From Eledone cirrhosa (taxonomy: Eukaryota), in the NCBI GenBank assembly GCA_964016885.1, contig OZ024740.1:387376001-387440000 (forward strand): a stretch of 64,000 nt of DNA, given 5' to 3'. Below, one piece after another: positions 13,191 through 29,100 of this stretch. Position 1 is the stretch's first letter, and each line of letters opens with the position of its first letter. Position numbers and translations under genes: made by a program. The notes under the pieces are model-generated. The model saw only the letters and a list, made by a program, of their open reading frames with translations, did no database searches and had not been told where the DNA came from.

Positions 13191-16100
13191 GCAACAACAT
13201 AATCAGTGCAATTGTACAGATTTATTACAAAGATTTACGATGTGTAATATATTACAAAATATTTTTACTAGTTTCCAACAAAAATAATACAAAATGAAAG
13301 AAAGAACTTTGGTAAAGTTTTATAAACAAGTAAATAAAAAAAAAAAAAAATTCCACAGGTTTGATACATGGCCAGTAAACATTCAAGCGACAATGAACTC
13401 TGGTATCTTAACATACACTATTATAACTTCATTTAATGAAATATATAGTATATGAAGTTGAATAGAATCAACAAAACATTGAGCTTGGAGTTATATACAC
13501 AAATACAAAGTGTGTGTTTTATATGAAAAGTAGAAACAATATATATATGAAACAGTAAGAGAAAAATGAAGAAAGTACCATCACCATCAGCTGTAAATTA
13601 TGAAACAAGTTTCCAGTTAACAAGATTCCAAACATCATAAAACAAATGAATCAAACAGGGTATTGGGATGATATTGGAATCAAATTGGCAGACATACCCG
13701 GGATGTGCTGATGGAAGGAGAACCCTAATATGGAATTAAATGTTGGGTTGATGTAAGGTCAATTTAAATATAATATTTATTACATTTATATGTATGTATG
13801 GGCCCGTAACACCAGGTAGAGTTATAGGGGCACTGTAGTGACGTACATTTCTTGGGCATTTAAAACCTGGTGGAGCCCATCCCTAACCAGGTCTGAACAC
13901 AGCCGATTTCTTCCAGAGAAGGAGAGGTGGTGGTAAAGAAGAAGTGAGAAAGAGATATAGAGGAAGAATCAACTTCAGTACTGGACTGGTACTTATCTTA
14001 TCAACCTTGAAAGAATGAAAGATGGCAGGATTTGAACTCAGAGCGCAGAGAGCCGATATGAATATTGCTAAGCATTCTATCCAATGTTCTTTTGTCAGCA
14101 CATTTATTACATCTATGATAGTTAAATTGATCCTCTTGATAGCTGAAGTACAACAGCCTTTATACTTTTCAAGTTAAAACTTCTATACAGTGTTTAAAAA
14201 AGTCTGTATACAATAAGTATAGTAAACATTTTGTATCACAGATTTACGTATTATTCTATCACTGGTTTTCTTATTTATAAAATTACAATGTATATTAAAT
14301 TGTTCAATCATTAGTTCAGCTAAAATTGAGAATTTGTATCTTAAAAAAAAAAAGAGTGATATTCATTAATTTTGACTATGAATACACATCATCATCATTG
14401 CTTTTACATCAATTTGTCCATGCTGGCATTGGTTGGAAAAGATTTTTTGAGGCAATGTTTTACTGCTGGATACTCTTCCTGATGCCAATCCTTTTAGTCA
14501 CCTCTTACAACATGCAGGGATGCAATGTATCTATTGTAAAAACTGGTATATACACAAAAATACAAAAACATTGTGTAACACAGACATAAGTACAGCAACT
14601 ACTGTAGAAATAGCAGTAGGATCCTTGGTAAGAAATGTTTATAACACAGATTGGATTTCTAATTGGAATTTTTTCCCCACCTCACAAACCTCACTAATAC
14701 TTTAGTGAAAGACAAGTATGTTACAACTTTGTTTAATGTCACCCATTTATTATCTTTCAACTACTTACTCTCTCCCAGTCCACTTTTTGTTACCTTGTTT
14801 CAGTCTTTGTTGTTAACTACTTGGATCTCACCTATGTATCTGCTAATACAGTTCTTAGCAGCTATGTCTATTTCAGAACCTTAGTGATTGCATTAGCTAA
14901 CAATAGCCAATGCCACTTGTTCATGCAAATAAATAAGTTTGTTTTAAAGACTCTCCAAAATATAAAAATATGATATTGATTTCTAGTTTAGGCACAAGGC
15001 CAACAAATTTAGGAGAATGGCAAAGTTGATTAAATCAACCCCAGTTCTTGACTGGTACTTCTTTTATTGACCCCAGAAGGGTGGAAAGCAAAGTTGACTT
15101 TTATTGGATTGGAACTCAGAGTGTAAAGAGCTGGAACAAATAGCACAATGATATTTTATCTGACGCTCTACAATCCTGCCAATCCACTACTCTTGATATG
15201 AAATATACTAAAATTCATTTTCATTAATGCTTCTCAAAATCAAAATATAAATGAAAGGAGTAGACAGCCAAAGGTGATGCATAAATGCATTATTTTGTAC
15301 TTATTCTTGGAATAAGTACAACATTTATGAGAAATGTTGTTAATTAAACTGTAAAAAAAAAAAATAGAAACATTCTCTAATGAAAAATGTAACTGACTCT
15401 AAAAGCTAAAATAACACATGATTACCTAAAATATATACTAGTGTGTTAATAATTCTTTCTAGCACCGATACAAGGCCAGCAATTTGGGGGAAGGGAAAAG
15501 TCGATTATATAAACCTCAGTATTTAACTGGTTCTTTATTTTATTAACCCTGAAGCATGAAAGGGAAAGTTCACCTTGGTGGGATTTGAACTCAAAATGTA
15601 GAAAGTTGTAATTAAATACTGCAAAGCATTTTGTCTGATGCTCTAATGATTCTGCCAATCCCCAACCCTGTTAGTGTGTTAATAATCAGCATTTCAACTC
15701 TAGATCTGTTGACTAAAGGAGATACATATTCAAATTTAAAATTACATTAAGAAATACAAATTTATACTTAATTATTACAAAACCATTTGAAATATGATCT
15801 AGTTTTCTTTAACCACTAAATGTCTATCATTTATTTAATGTTTATTCTACTCACATTGTTCACTATTAGCAGGGTTTGGATAGTTTAACAAAAAGCAGTG
15901 AGTTGGTTAATTATAGGAACAATTTATGGTTAGTGGCATTCTCAGTGCTAATTCACTCAATGAGTGGTTGAATGGTTAACATTTTCATATAAATATACTA
16001 TGTGTCATTGTCATTTAACGTCTGTGTTTCCATGTTAGTATGGGTGGTGTGTCTGTGTGTAAGCATGGAAAAATAAATATAAATAAATGAAATATATATT

Positions 16101-17107
16101 CTTTCAAAGCTGATGATTCACTTCATCACCATTCTAACTTTCTCCCTCACATGCATTCAAACAAATGCATGCAAGTGTGAAATTCAGAGTAGCGAAGGCA
16201 TGAATCATTTGTTTTGAATAAAAAAAAACAAAAAACTCTACTATATATATTGAGTACTGTTTTTTAATCATTTGTACACCCAAATATATATGATGAAATG
16301 TATCTAAATTATTCTTAAGTAAAATATAATATCACTGTCTTAAAAATTATAGTAGAGATTAGACTAAATATTTACATTAGGTATTTACATCCTTTTTTTT
16401 TTTTGGAAGCCCTGTAAGGATCATTTTACAGTTAGAAAAGATTTAGTATATATGGAAATTGAATATTACTCAGTGTTAGAAGATATGACTGTTTCTTCAA
16501 TACAAGTAACCAATAGTTGCCTTCTAGAAACAGTTAATTAGTATCAAATTTATTTAGTAATAAGTTACAAAAGATTTTGAAAACAATTTGTAAAATAAAT
16601 AGGACTTACTTTATTTAAAAAAATTTTTTAATTTATTAACCAAAAGAGTTGTGTAATGATTATATTACCTAACTCCTTATATTTCCAATTTAAAGCCAAT
16701 TAATTATAAAAATTGCTAAAATTAATAGGCAACTCTTAATGATGGAAATATGGTTTCATAAACATAAAAACTCTACCCTAAGTCTTTTTTATTTTTAAAT
16801 TTTGATTATGTTGAACAATTAAACATAAAACATTAAACAAAAGTTTGGTCTGAAAAATCTGAAAATCTGACTCTGTAAAACAAACTTCACATGGATTTAG
16901 AGTATATTGGTGAATTGACTTGGAATGGTACGTCATTGACTGTTAGACACCCACTTAAGTCAACAGACTAGAAATTAACAAGGGTTATTAATTGGTAATT
17001 TAGAGCTCAAAGTCTAAATTTTATTTAGAGTTTTTTTTCCCCCCTGTTGAAAATAATCATGATATAAAAAGTTGAAACTGAAGTCTGTAGATTTTTTGAA
17101 ATTAATA

Positions 17108-17176
17108 TTATTGAAGTGAGATTCCAGAGAAGTCACAAGTCCATGAGCGAGGGATGAGGTAGTCAAAAAAGTCATT
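17108..17176 (-). CDS. SOAT1: SOAT1 terminal coding exon
   Basis: ttcag|; [22 protein letters not shown], stop TAA at 17110-17108. Confidence 0.93.
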   Translation of the reverse strand, partial: NDFFDYLIPRSWTCDFSGISLQ

Positions 17177-20100
17177 CTGAAAAATTCACAAAATATTAAA
17201 CTTTTATTCAAAATTTTCTGTGTCTTTTTTTTTTCTGATAAAATTTGTCATCTTGCCATTTTATAAAAAATGTTTATGACAAAATGGAAAATAAAAATTT
17301 TATAATGAAAAATATATAAAAAGTTTTGATAATTGCTTTATTCAAGTCTACAGAATATTTATAGTATTCTATTTGATTCAATGATTCCTAATTTAGGCAC
17401 AAGGCCAGTAATTTTACTGATAATTTATCAAGCAGGAAAAGTGAAGTTAATCTTGGTGGGATTCAAACTCAGAATGTAAAGAACTATGATTAAATGCTGC
17501 AAAGCATTTTGTCTGACATTCTAACGATTTTGCCAATCCACCACCTATTTGAAATAAGGCTTAAGATTTCAACAGAAAATATATTCATCAGTATTTTTCA
17601 GTACTTACTCTATGCAGGAGATGAAATTGTGATATTGCTAATGTTTTAGAGTAGAATTAAAGTTAAATCTGATTTTTTAAAATGCTTTAGATAGCCTTAT
17701 AGTATTTAAATTTTATTCCTCAGCAGTTACTTTGAGATGTCAACATTTTGAAAAATGAACCCTGTATTTTGAAACTTGATTAATTCCACAAAAGAACTTT
17801 CCATTCAATTGAAATGTTATATAATAAAGAGAAGAATTGATGATGGAGTTTTCAAAGAAAATTAGATAGATGATCAACATAGTGCCTATATTTATTTATG
17901 CAAAAAAAAAAAAAAAAAAGGGTCAAGAGAGTGTAGAGTGGAAATGGAATAAATCTGATATAAACTAATTCTGAGATGGTGTCACCATTATCAGTACACT
18001 GTACAGAAAATAGGTCTGCAATATAATATTGTTCCATACTTTTATCCTACATAAAAACGTGTTGTCTAATGGTTAAGGTGTTAGACTCACATGAGTTTGA
18101 TTCCTGGATCAGGTGTCATGGTGTGATCTTGAGCAAAATACTTTATTTCACATTGCTCCTTCTGCCAAGAGTTGCGACTGCCAGATAGTATCACCAATGG
18201 AAACATTGTTTCCTCGGTCCGATCTTTTCCTTATCCTGATTCATACCACAAAAGATTTTACAACTGGATGTTTCTCCTATCACCAAACACCTTTGATAGG
18301 GTAGGATGGGTATGTTTATTTTAACCCCAGTTCTAGAGGTCCTTCTCATACGGTTTTTGTTATATTGAAGGAAATGAAACATGCCAGGTGTGTCTGTTGT
18401 AAACACATCAGCATTAGAAAGGTTCACTTTCCAGAGGCAAGGTATATAGGAACTTACTGCTGATAAAATTTATGTTTTAAACTAGATTCAAATTTCAATC
18501 CAGAGCAGATATGATAAATTCCTTGAATGACATTTTCATATAAACTCCAACATTAAATGTATTCTCAACCTTTATTTTCAATCCTTGTACTTTTATGCTT
18601 CAATCATGAAACCCGATGAAACTGATTCCTGAAAGACTTCACAAAGGGTTCTTTCAAGTTAGCCTAGAATTAGAGGTTTTAGTTTTCTCATCTCATCAAT
18701 TAAGATTGAACCTGTTTCTAATACTCTAACATCCAATCAAAACAATATTTCTTTTTCTATGCTTAAACAGTTTATATTTGCTATTCAGTTGCTTCAAAGT
18801 AGCTACTATGTTAGTTACATTAAGTAAAAAGCAAAATATAAAAATACTCACAGTAGTTGCAGGACAGTTCTGACGAGCATACCACTCCAAGCTGTAGAGA
18901 CACATAAGGAGACCATTGCCAATAAAAAGAGCAACCCACATAAATACATTCCAACTGCGAGAGACACCTTTATCTGTTAGGAATACGAAACCAACTGCAA
19001 AGAAAATAAATTCAATTGTAACTAATTAAAACATGGTTTGACATAAACACTGTATTTTTTATAGGCTTACATGCATACATACATAATATACACATATAGA
19101 GTGGTGGATCGGCAGAATTGGTAGAGCATCAGACAAAATGTCTTTGTGATATTCTGGCTCTTTATATTCTAAGATGAAATCCCACTGAGGTCAATTTTGC
19201 CTTTCATTCTTCTGAGTTCAATACAATCGACTTTCTCTTTAACCCCCAAAATTGCTGGCCTTGTGCTTAAATTAGAAATCATTTAAAGGGAGGTGGATTG
19301 GCAAAACTGTTAGAGCATTGGACAAAATGCTTTGCAGCATATATTCTAGCTATCTACTCTCTTGAGTTCAAATCCCATCAAGGTAAATTTTGTCTTTTAT
19401 ACTTGGGAAGGGTCTATATCAACTCCTCACCTCCAAATTACTGGCCTTGTGCCTCAATTAGAAACCAACATATATACACACAAACATAAAGGTGATATAG
19501 GTGTGAGATAAAGATATTAGACTATGGGCTACATGATCATGAATTTGAATCTACCAATATCACTGACATTTATTATAAATCTCTTTAGTTAAACTAAATA
19601 TGCTTACATTTTACACAAAATTCATGTACTGCATGGTGACTTCTATAATTTTTCTAACCACCCTAAATGTTTCTACACCTTTGTTCAATCCCATAGAGCC
19701 ATGTATCCTCCCCTACTCCATCAAATTAGATACATACATACACTCATACGTATACTAAACTAATCTAAAATCTGTCTTTCTACTTATACAACATTTAAAT
19801 TAAATCACATTAGCATCTCTAAAATTGTCAAGAAGGCCGAGGTCTGACTTTGCATCACTCAGTAAGACCTTTGTCAGCCGCTCTCCAGCTATCTATTTAA
19901 AGCTGTGTTGTGGCCACACTTAGAATTTGCATCACCAGGCTGGAACCCCTATCTTGCCCAGAATATTGACCCCCTGGAAACTGTTCAGAGACGTTCAACC
20001 AAGTGAATACCCTCCATAAGGCATCTACCATACTCTGAATGCCTTGCTTCCCTGGGCATGGATACATTGAGATTCCGACGTCTGGCAACTGACTTGGTAA

Positions 20101-23100
20101 ACACCAACAAAATTATTAACCATCTTGCCAACAACAACCCTGAGCACCACTTTGAATTCCATGTGTCTAACACCCATGGGCATGCCTACAAAGTCAGAAA
20201 AAAGCACAGCTCCCATGACTTTCAGAAACATTTTTTCACGCTCAGAGTTGCTGAAGCATGGAACAAACTGCCTGCATCAGTTGTTAGCTGTCAGAACACT
20301 GCATCCTTCAAAACCTCCATGCTTCCTGAAATTTGCCAACACTTCACCTGATATTCTGCCTCCATACACATGCCCGCATGTATCTGTGTGTATATCATGA
20401 CTCATACACTTTCCTGACATTTGTACATTATTCTATGTACTATACATGCACCTTTGATGAGTTGTAGTGCACCTGAGCACTGTACACAATAATTTCATTA
20501 TTATTATTATTGTTTAAGACAATCTTCAACAGTAACAAACAGCAAGCACTATGACAGCATCACATTAAAATTGAAGTCTTTACTGGCAATTGTCCCAATG
20601 ATCTGTGTAGTAATAAAGATATCATAAACATTTGAAGTAACAAATGCATTTTTAGATATTTTCTGCTAAATTATTAATTAAACAAAATATTTTGCAGTTT
20701 ATAGATATATGGAAATTATTATGAAAGAAAAATAACAATAAGAGATTTTTAAGAAAATGATATCTACTTACATCCAGCTCCAGCAAACATGACAAACAAC
20801 ACAGGATAGAAAAACCCAAATGACACAATTAACACATACTCATGGAAAACAGCTGATATTAGAAATACACTGGTTAAACCAACATTTCTCATTTTATAAC
20901 CAAGGATCTGGAAAGAAAATATTTAGTGAAAACCTTTTTTAATCATTAACTCCAAGCTTCAAAACAAGCAAAATTACAAAAGTAGAATTTAATTTAAATA
21001 TATGTGTGTGTGTATGTGGTTAAAATTATTTAGAGAAATCCAGTGCAATGCAAGTTAAAAATAAAGGAGTGAAAATGAAAGTAAAGTAAGACAAACAAAA
21101 CAACAGTTTACATTTTTACCTTGTATTTAATATATGAATTGAGTTTCGAGGCAGTTTTTGAAAGCATTGTGACAATATAATAATTTTAAATGATAAATGC
21201 AAATAAAGAATTAAAATATGGTGCTTTATTCAAAATTTCAGTCTTAAAAGACTTTCATCAGTGAATCACTATAAGATCTGTTTTATTTTTTCACACCAGG
21301 AACTTTTTAGCATTGGTTAATGGTCAAAGTTTGAAAAAGCATAAGCTTTTGTTGAAGTCATCCTAAAAATTGTGATATATATTGTCTCAACCTTTCAAAC
21401 TCTGAAATTTCACACTTCAAAATATTGAGTGTTCCTTCAATTTCTAACAGCTTTTAGGTTAATTTCAACTAAAACTTAGGCCTTTTCAAACTTCAACTGT
21501 TAACCAATGCTGGTAAGAAAAAAATAAAGCAGACCTTATCGCAATTCGCTGAAGAAAGTCTTTTAAGACTGAAAATTTTGAATAAAACACTGCATTTTAA
21601 TTCATTATATATATTTTTTGGACTTCTTGAATTCAATATTTTATGATGCAGGGTAGCTCAGCTCACCCTCACCACACTGTTATTTTTCTATTAAAAAAAG
21701 GGCCATAGCCCCCCACCACACACAAAATAAAAAAAAATGAAATACAAGGTAAATGTGGAGACCGTTGTTTTGTTTTATTTTTCTTTACTTTATCTCTCGT
21801 TATTGCTCTTTTATTTCTAATTTGCATTCTACTTGCTTTCCAAAAACAATTCTAACCACATATTCCACAATGCTTCATATAAACAATGTATGTATATATG
21901 GAATCCAATACTCCTGACGGAGTTTTTGGGGTGACATAGTGACATACAGCGTTTCTTGGGTATTTTTTAAACCTAGCAGAACCCATCATCTGTCCCAATC
22001 TGAACACAGTTTATCTTTTTTCCAGAGAAGGAGAGATTGATAGAGAGGTAATGAGAAAGAGATATAGAGGAAGAATTGACCCCAGTACTGGACTGGTACT
22101 TTTTTTTTATTGGCCTTGAAAGGATGAAAGGCAAAGTTGTTTTGGTAGGATTTGAACTCAGCATGCAGAAAGCCAGAATGAATACCACAAATCATTCTAT
22201 CTGACATTCTATTAACTCTGCCAATTTACTGCCTTCATATAAACTATACTACTTTATGAAATATATATATATATTATTTTAAGGTTGGCTATTGTTCCAT
22301 TATAATCAGTACAAAATATTTTGCACCAGCTGAAGATCTTCAGATGGCATGAAAACTGCCAGCTGTTGTGAAATTAAATAAAATGTATATTAATTTATGG
22401 AATGTATTGATTACTCTTTATTTTGTATGCAACACAAACTCACAAATATCATCATCATTTCATCATTTCATTTTACGTCCGCTTTTCCCTGCTTGCAAGG
22501 GTGGGACGGGAACTGATTCTGGCTTGATTTCTACAGCTGGATGCCCTTCCTAACACCAACCTCATTTACAGTGAGTGCTGGGTGCTTTTTTTGCCGTGGC
22601 ACCTCCACGACCACTTTGCAGTGGAATGATAGAGACCCCATTCCCTATCATCTCATTTCTACAGCTGAGTAAACTGGAGCAATGTGAAATAAAGTCTCTT
22701 GCTCAAGGAAACAACACATCACCCGGTCTGAGAATTGAACTCACAACCTTTCGATTGCAAGGCCAATGCTCTAACCACTAAGCCATGTGCCTCCAAATAT
22801 ATATAACAAAATTTTCTTTCCATGGTAGTAACCCTGTCATCTGAGACGCAAATGTAACAACACTTTCTACAGTGACAATCAGGTGCATTCGTCGATACAC
22901 CTAGGCTTCACTGCCCAACAAGCTGTTGAAGTATGGGATGGCTATTTCAACATGTCTCCTTCACTATCCTCTGGGGTAATGCTTTTTCCAATCTGTTGCC
23001 TGGAGTTCTGCATGCCAGATAACGTTCTCCCACACTGGGATTTTATCATTGAGGTAGCGATGTTTGAGTATTTTTTATCATATTTTTTATTGTATTTGTC

Positions 23101-26100
23101 AACTTCTTATTCCTTATTTATATTTTATTTAAAATATTCGTGACATTAGTGTTGTGAGAAAAAATCCCTTTTATGCTTTCTTTCCATGTAAATAATTGTA
23201 AAATACTTAAAAATGCAATGAAACTAAATTATACTTTTTTGTCTTATCTGAAAATACTAGTGATTAAAATAACAAACTCTAACAACAAGACTATAAGAAT
23301 ATTATTATTCCACTTCTGTAGGGTGATGGATTGGCAGAATCATTATAGTATTGGACAGATGCCTAGCAATATTTGTTCTGGCTCCTTATGTTGTGAGTTC
23401 AAATCCCACCAAGGCCAACTTTGCCTTTTATCCTTTCATGGGTTGATAAAATAATGTACAAGTCAAATATTGGGGTTGAGACAATCAACTTACACCCTCT
23501 ACCTAATTATGGTTCTAATGTGGGCAGCATACGGCACGGCCAAGTGGCCAGACCTCCCTCATAGTGGGACCACTCGGCTCCCAAACTATGGTTCCATTGT
23601 GAGCAATGTACAGCACGGCCAACTGGCCTGTCCCTCCTCATAATGGTGCCATCCAGTTCCACACTGTAAACATGGTTGGTGTTAGGAAGGGCATCCAGCT
23701 GTAAAAATCTCAGCCAGGCACGGCCAACTGGCCAGACTTTTCTCATGACATGGGCGGCCCATCTAACCCATGCAAGCATGGAAAATGAACATTAAACGAT
23801 GATGATGATGATGTCTTGGAAAAAACCTTGTTAATAATACTAAAATGTAATGAATACAGCTTTTTAAAGTCATTTTTTTTCTTTTCATAAGAGTATTTAA
23901 AAATATTAAGTTGACTAACCGTGTAAACATCTTTGTATATGTATGTGTAGAGCCAGTCATGAACAACTACATTCCAGGTGCGGTAGTAATTGGAAAAAGT
24001 TGTTGAGTTCCACCAATCCTATAAATGATTATAAAAACCAACATATAATGGATGAAAAATATTCACATATACTAGGAGACAATGACTTATTTGTATTATA
24101 AACATTTTGATACCAAACTGCTTGAAATCTCAAAAGTTTCTGTGATACAAAACTGTTTATTTCAAAACGTTTATATTTGTTTAAGGCAGTTTTTTTCATA
24201 AGAAATATAGTTATAGAAAGATTAGCTATGTTGTTGCAGTAACAATGAATGCTAGGTCTAGGAGACAATATTTTATTTGTATTATAAACATCTTGAGATG
24301 CCCTTTAACCTTTTTGATATCAAACTGCCTGAAACTACCACAGCTCTTACAATACAAAACTGTTTATTTTAAAATGTTTGTATTTATCTAAAAACTTTCC
24401 ATCATAACTCTACATAAGAACCTGTTAAGTTATGCTCCAAACATACTCCAAATTGTTGATTATTTAAAAAATTATAGGCAGTTCTTCATTAGAATTACAA
24501 AAGAGTTAATTGTGTGGTTTCAGAAACAATGATTGCTAGGTCTAGCATTAAGAAGAAATGTATGGCCAAAATATTATCATCTTGTAAAACCAGATTGTAT
24601 CAGGAACATATGTATTGAAAAATATTATTTTCAACAATTGGTAAGATTTGTTTTCAGATTCAGACACTTAACCAACTTTATATGAAATAGTATCATAAAA
24701 AAAAGGACATGATAAATTTAGGAGCACCAAGTCATAACATCCTATTTTTTAAATCTTTTTTTATATATTATCATGTAGATTTTAACAAAAGTTTTTTTAT
24801 TTTAAAGGAAAATTCTTTTATGTAACTGACTTTGAAATAAAGCATACAAATAATTTGATTCTACGATCTTTGAGCTAAAGCTATAGGTATACTATCTAGA
24901 AGTAACATAATGCAACTTAAAATGGTTGATTAATATTTCTGTTTGATTCAGTATTCTAAAGGTAATATATTAGAAAAAGTGTAGAAAATAAAAATACATA
25001 CTTTATAGAAGAGACGGTCTCCAAATCGTAACATTTCAGCAAATGCATTCAGCCAAGAGTGAAGTATGGCAAAGAAACCTGAAATCACCAGATAAAAATA
25101 AAATTAAAAAAATCTTTCAAAACCTATTTTAACATATTCAAGATTACTTTTTTCTTTAGAACTATCAAATTCAAGAGAACCATCATTAATGTTTCTAGTA
25201 TCTATGTTTCTAGCATCTATACTTGTGGACATATTAAGAACATGTGTAATATTAGAATAAGGACTAATTCTTAGTGTGATGCATGACTTGCTGGTAACCC
25301 TTTTGATATCAACTCACCTAAAACCATCTCTAGTTTCATGATATAAAACTACACCTTTTAAAGTGTTCATACATTAAAACCTTTTATTCTAATTCTATGT
25401 AAAAGTTTTTATTAAGTTTTATTAGTTTAATAACAAGATTTTGTAATTTTACTAAATTCATCGAAATTCTTATTTTCAACATCAATTAGAGTTTATAGAC
25501 AGTGACTTTCATTTGAAATATGGTAATAAAATGGTTAAAGCAATGAACACACATATAGCACATGCCTTTTTTCACACAGCTACTAGCAGAGACAGAACAG
25601 GTTGTTATGGTTCGAGTCAGTTCATACTTGGAGTAACTTCCATTAAGGACGTCTCAAAGAGCCACACCTTACTTGTACATTCCATTTTTTTTTGCATAGT
25701 TTCTAGTTGGATGCATTTCACAACACTAACCACTTAACAGAGTGTACTGGATGCATTTTATCATGGTACTAGCACTAGAGAGGTTATGTCCTTGGTATAA
25801 TTAAAGTGTCTCCTCAAACTTATTTCTGTTCAATTTTTCCCACTAAATGGAGTGCACTGGGTGTATTTTATCAAAGCATTGGTACTACTGAAGTTGCCTC
25901 CTATCACACAAAATTAAATAGTAATTACTACTCTACATCGTCTTTCTTCATTGAAGGCAACATGACCAAGAGGATAAAATGGGAAAGAGTTTATAAAACA
26001 CTCACTTCAACAACTTTTGTATATATGCCTTATTTATCTTATGTTAGCATAAGATTATTGGTGTTGTCAGACTTCTGTCATTTCCCACAGAGTGCTTCAG

Positions 26101-29100
26101 TTGATTCCATCAACAGAACTGTCTGCTCATGAAATTAATGTGTAAGTGGCTGAGCATTCCACAGATATATGCATCCCTTACATAGTTCTCATGTAGATTC
26201 AGTGTGACATAATGTGTGACAAAGCTGGCTCCTTAAAATACAGGTGCGACTTGTTTTTGCCAGCTGAGTGGACTGGAGCATTAAGTGTTTTGCTGAAGGA
26301 CACATGTACCCAGTAAAGTGACAGTGTTGGTGCCACAATAAAATGCACTTAGTACATTCTGTAACGTGGTAGTGTTGGTGTCACGATAAAATGCACCTAG
26401 TACACATAATAAAGTAGTTGGTGACAGGGAAGTCATTCAGACACAGAAACCATGCCAAAATATGTAATATATGAGCAAGCTGTGGTTTTTCTACCTGTCT
26501 AGTTTCAGACTGTGATGACCCATCCAACCCATGCCAGCAAAGAACATAAAATGATGATGAGTTTGGTGTTATGACATTGTTTTGATATATTTCATAATAA
26601 TATCAGTACAACAAACAGAAGTCAGTGAATTGGCATTGGCAGAGTCGTTAGAACATCAGATAGAATTATTTGTGACATTCGTTCCAGCTTTCTGCAGTTC
26701 AAATCCAGCCAAGATCAATTTTGCCTTTTATTCTCTTAAGATCGTTAAAAATAAGTACGTCCAATACTGGTGCTAATCTTTTCTCTTCTCCTCACTTCTC
26801 TGGAAGAAACCAGCTCTCTTCAGACCCAGACAGGGATTTGGCTCAGCCATGTTTAAAATGCCCAAGAAATGCTGTATGTCACTATGGCACCCCTACAAGA
26901 CCACTAGGAGTTATGGGCCCATACATATATACAACAAGCATAATAGTAAGAGATAAACATTTTATAACATTCTCCTCTTGCCATCTTTATTTGATGATAA
27001 GGATCTGACAAGTGTTAACAACTCATGAGAACAGTGGTAGTGACAATAAAAATTGAGATAATTCAGGTACAATGTACAAGTTTTCAGCTCAGATATTTCT
27101 GCTTGACACACAACACTACATAAATTAGTTTATTCCTTTACTGGGTTCTACTTATTAAGATAGCAGCCAAGCTGGGGAACCGCCTTGAAGTTATTTAGTC
27201 GATCATATCAACCCCAGTACTTATTTTTTCATGTTTGGTATTTATTTTATAGATATCTTTTTGTTATGGGAGGCAAACAAACACACACATATCAACTTAC
27301 ATCCAATATATATACATATTGTATTTACACCAACTTTTCCATGCTGACATGGGTTGGACAGGACTTTTTGAAACAATGTTTTACAGCTGGATGCTCTTCC
27401 TAATGCCAACCCTTTTAGTTACTTCTTATATGCAGTGATGCAGTGTATTTATTCTAAAAAACCGAATACACATACCATGTGTATATATGTATATAATAAT
27501 AATAATAATGTTTCTACTTTTGGCACAAGGCCAGCAATTACCCCAGTGCATTACTAGTACTTTATTTTATTGACCCTGTAAGAATGAAAGGCAAAGTTAA
27601 CCTCGGCAGGTTTTGAACTCAGAACATAAATGGCCATAACTCTATGCTGCAAAGCATGGTGTCTGACACTACCAATACTGCAAAACCACTTGTATAAATC
27701 GAAGATGTAGCTGCAATATAGCAGATACCAGATATTGAATTGTTTGAGGCAGCCACAAAGCACTCAATGGTGCAAAAAGTTAATACATTTTCATCCAGAG
27801 TAAACAAAGTTAAGAAAGTCTTAAACCAAGAAATAAAGCTACCAAATGCATGTGGCCATAGTTTCTACAACAACAATATATATAGTAATCAATGATTTAG
27901 ATCTGTTCTTCTTTTCAGATTTTAACTATTGTTGCTCAGTGAATGGGATTGGTCCAGTGCAAGGCTTTTCCTCACTATAAAAAGCTTGTTGCACAGGCAT
28001 CACTCGATATCATAGGGCATTTGAATGATGTGAATGGCTGACTGCGTAGCTATAAAAGATGGCCTGATGGCAAAATATGATAAGTCACTTGCAGGACTAA
28101 AAAGCCATATCTGTTTACACCCACACTGATGTTGTTTGATAGCCATATCTGATCACAGTGTGGCTGCCATCATCATCGTTTAACGTCCATCTTCCATGCT
28201 AGCATGGGTCTGAACGGGAATTGTCCCACTTGAGGCAAGATTGGTTGTCTTGCGGGTTTTCTACGGCTGGATGCCCTTCCTAACACCAACCACGTTTACA
28301 GTGTGGACTGGGAGGTTTTTACCGTGTTACCTACACGGCCACATTACAGTGTGGACTGTGTGTTTTTTTGTCGTGACACCTACACGACCTCATTTATTTA
28401 GGACTGGATGTTGTGGTACCAACATAGCTTTACATCGAAAGGGGTAGTGTAGATGGCGGTGGGGTAGGGTAAGTGGGACGGGGGTGCATTTTGGTTAAGA
28501 GGTGCCTACTGACTAGGTTTCACTTTGTACTTAGGCAAGGCGGGTCTTCTGTATTACTACGTAGCGCCAAAGATCTCGGTCCAGTGACATTGTCTTGGAG
28601 AGGTGTAAGTGTGTGAGGTCGGATTTTATCAAGTCGTCCCAGGTTTTTCTGGGTCTGTTCATTTATGTTTTGTGTCTAGAGTAGGCAGACCCAGAAAAAC
28701 CTGGGACGACTTGATAAATTCCGACCTCACACACTTACACCTCTCCTAGACAATGTCACTGGACCGAGATCTTTGGCACTACGTAGTAATACAGAAGACC
28801 CGTCTTGCCTAAGTGCAAAGCGAAACCTACAGTCAGTAGGCACCTCTTAACCAAAATACACCCCCGTCCCACTACCCCCCCTTTCGATGTAAAGTTATGT
28901 TGGTACCACAACATCCAGTCCTAAATTAATGAGGTCGTGTAGGTGTCAAGACAAAAAAAACACAGTCCACGCTGTAATGTGGCCGTGTAGGTAACACGGT
29001 AAAAACCTCCCAGTCCACACTGTAAACGTGGTTGGTGTTAGGAAGGGCATCCAGCCATAGAAAACCCGCAAGACAACCAATCTTGCCTCAAGTGGGACAA

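Noticed and set aside
22730-22793. tRNA-like sequences with A/B boxes (also at SINE heads throughout the window)
   Set aside because: They are SINE heads continuous with core and tail sequence, with no complete cloverleaf.
24072-24545. Local direct duplications (also 12331-12596 and 11050/11720)
   Set aside because: Diverged tandem duplications of repeat-derived DNA with no sign of function.
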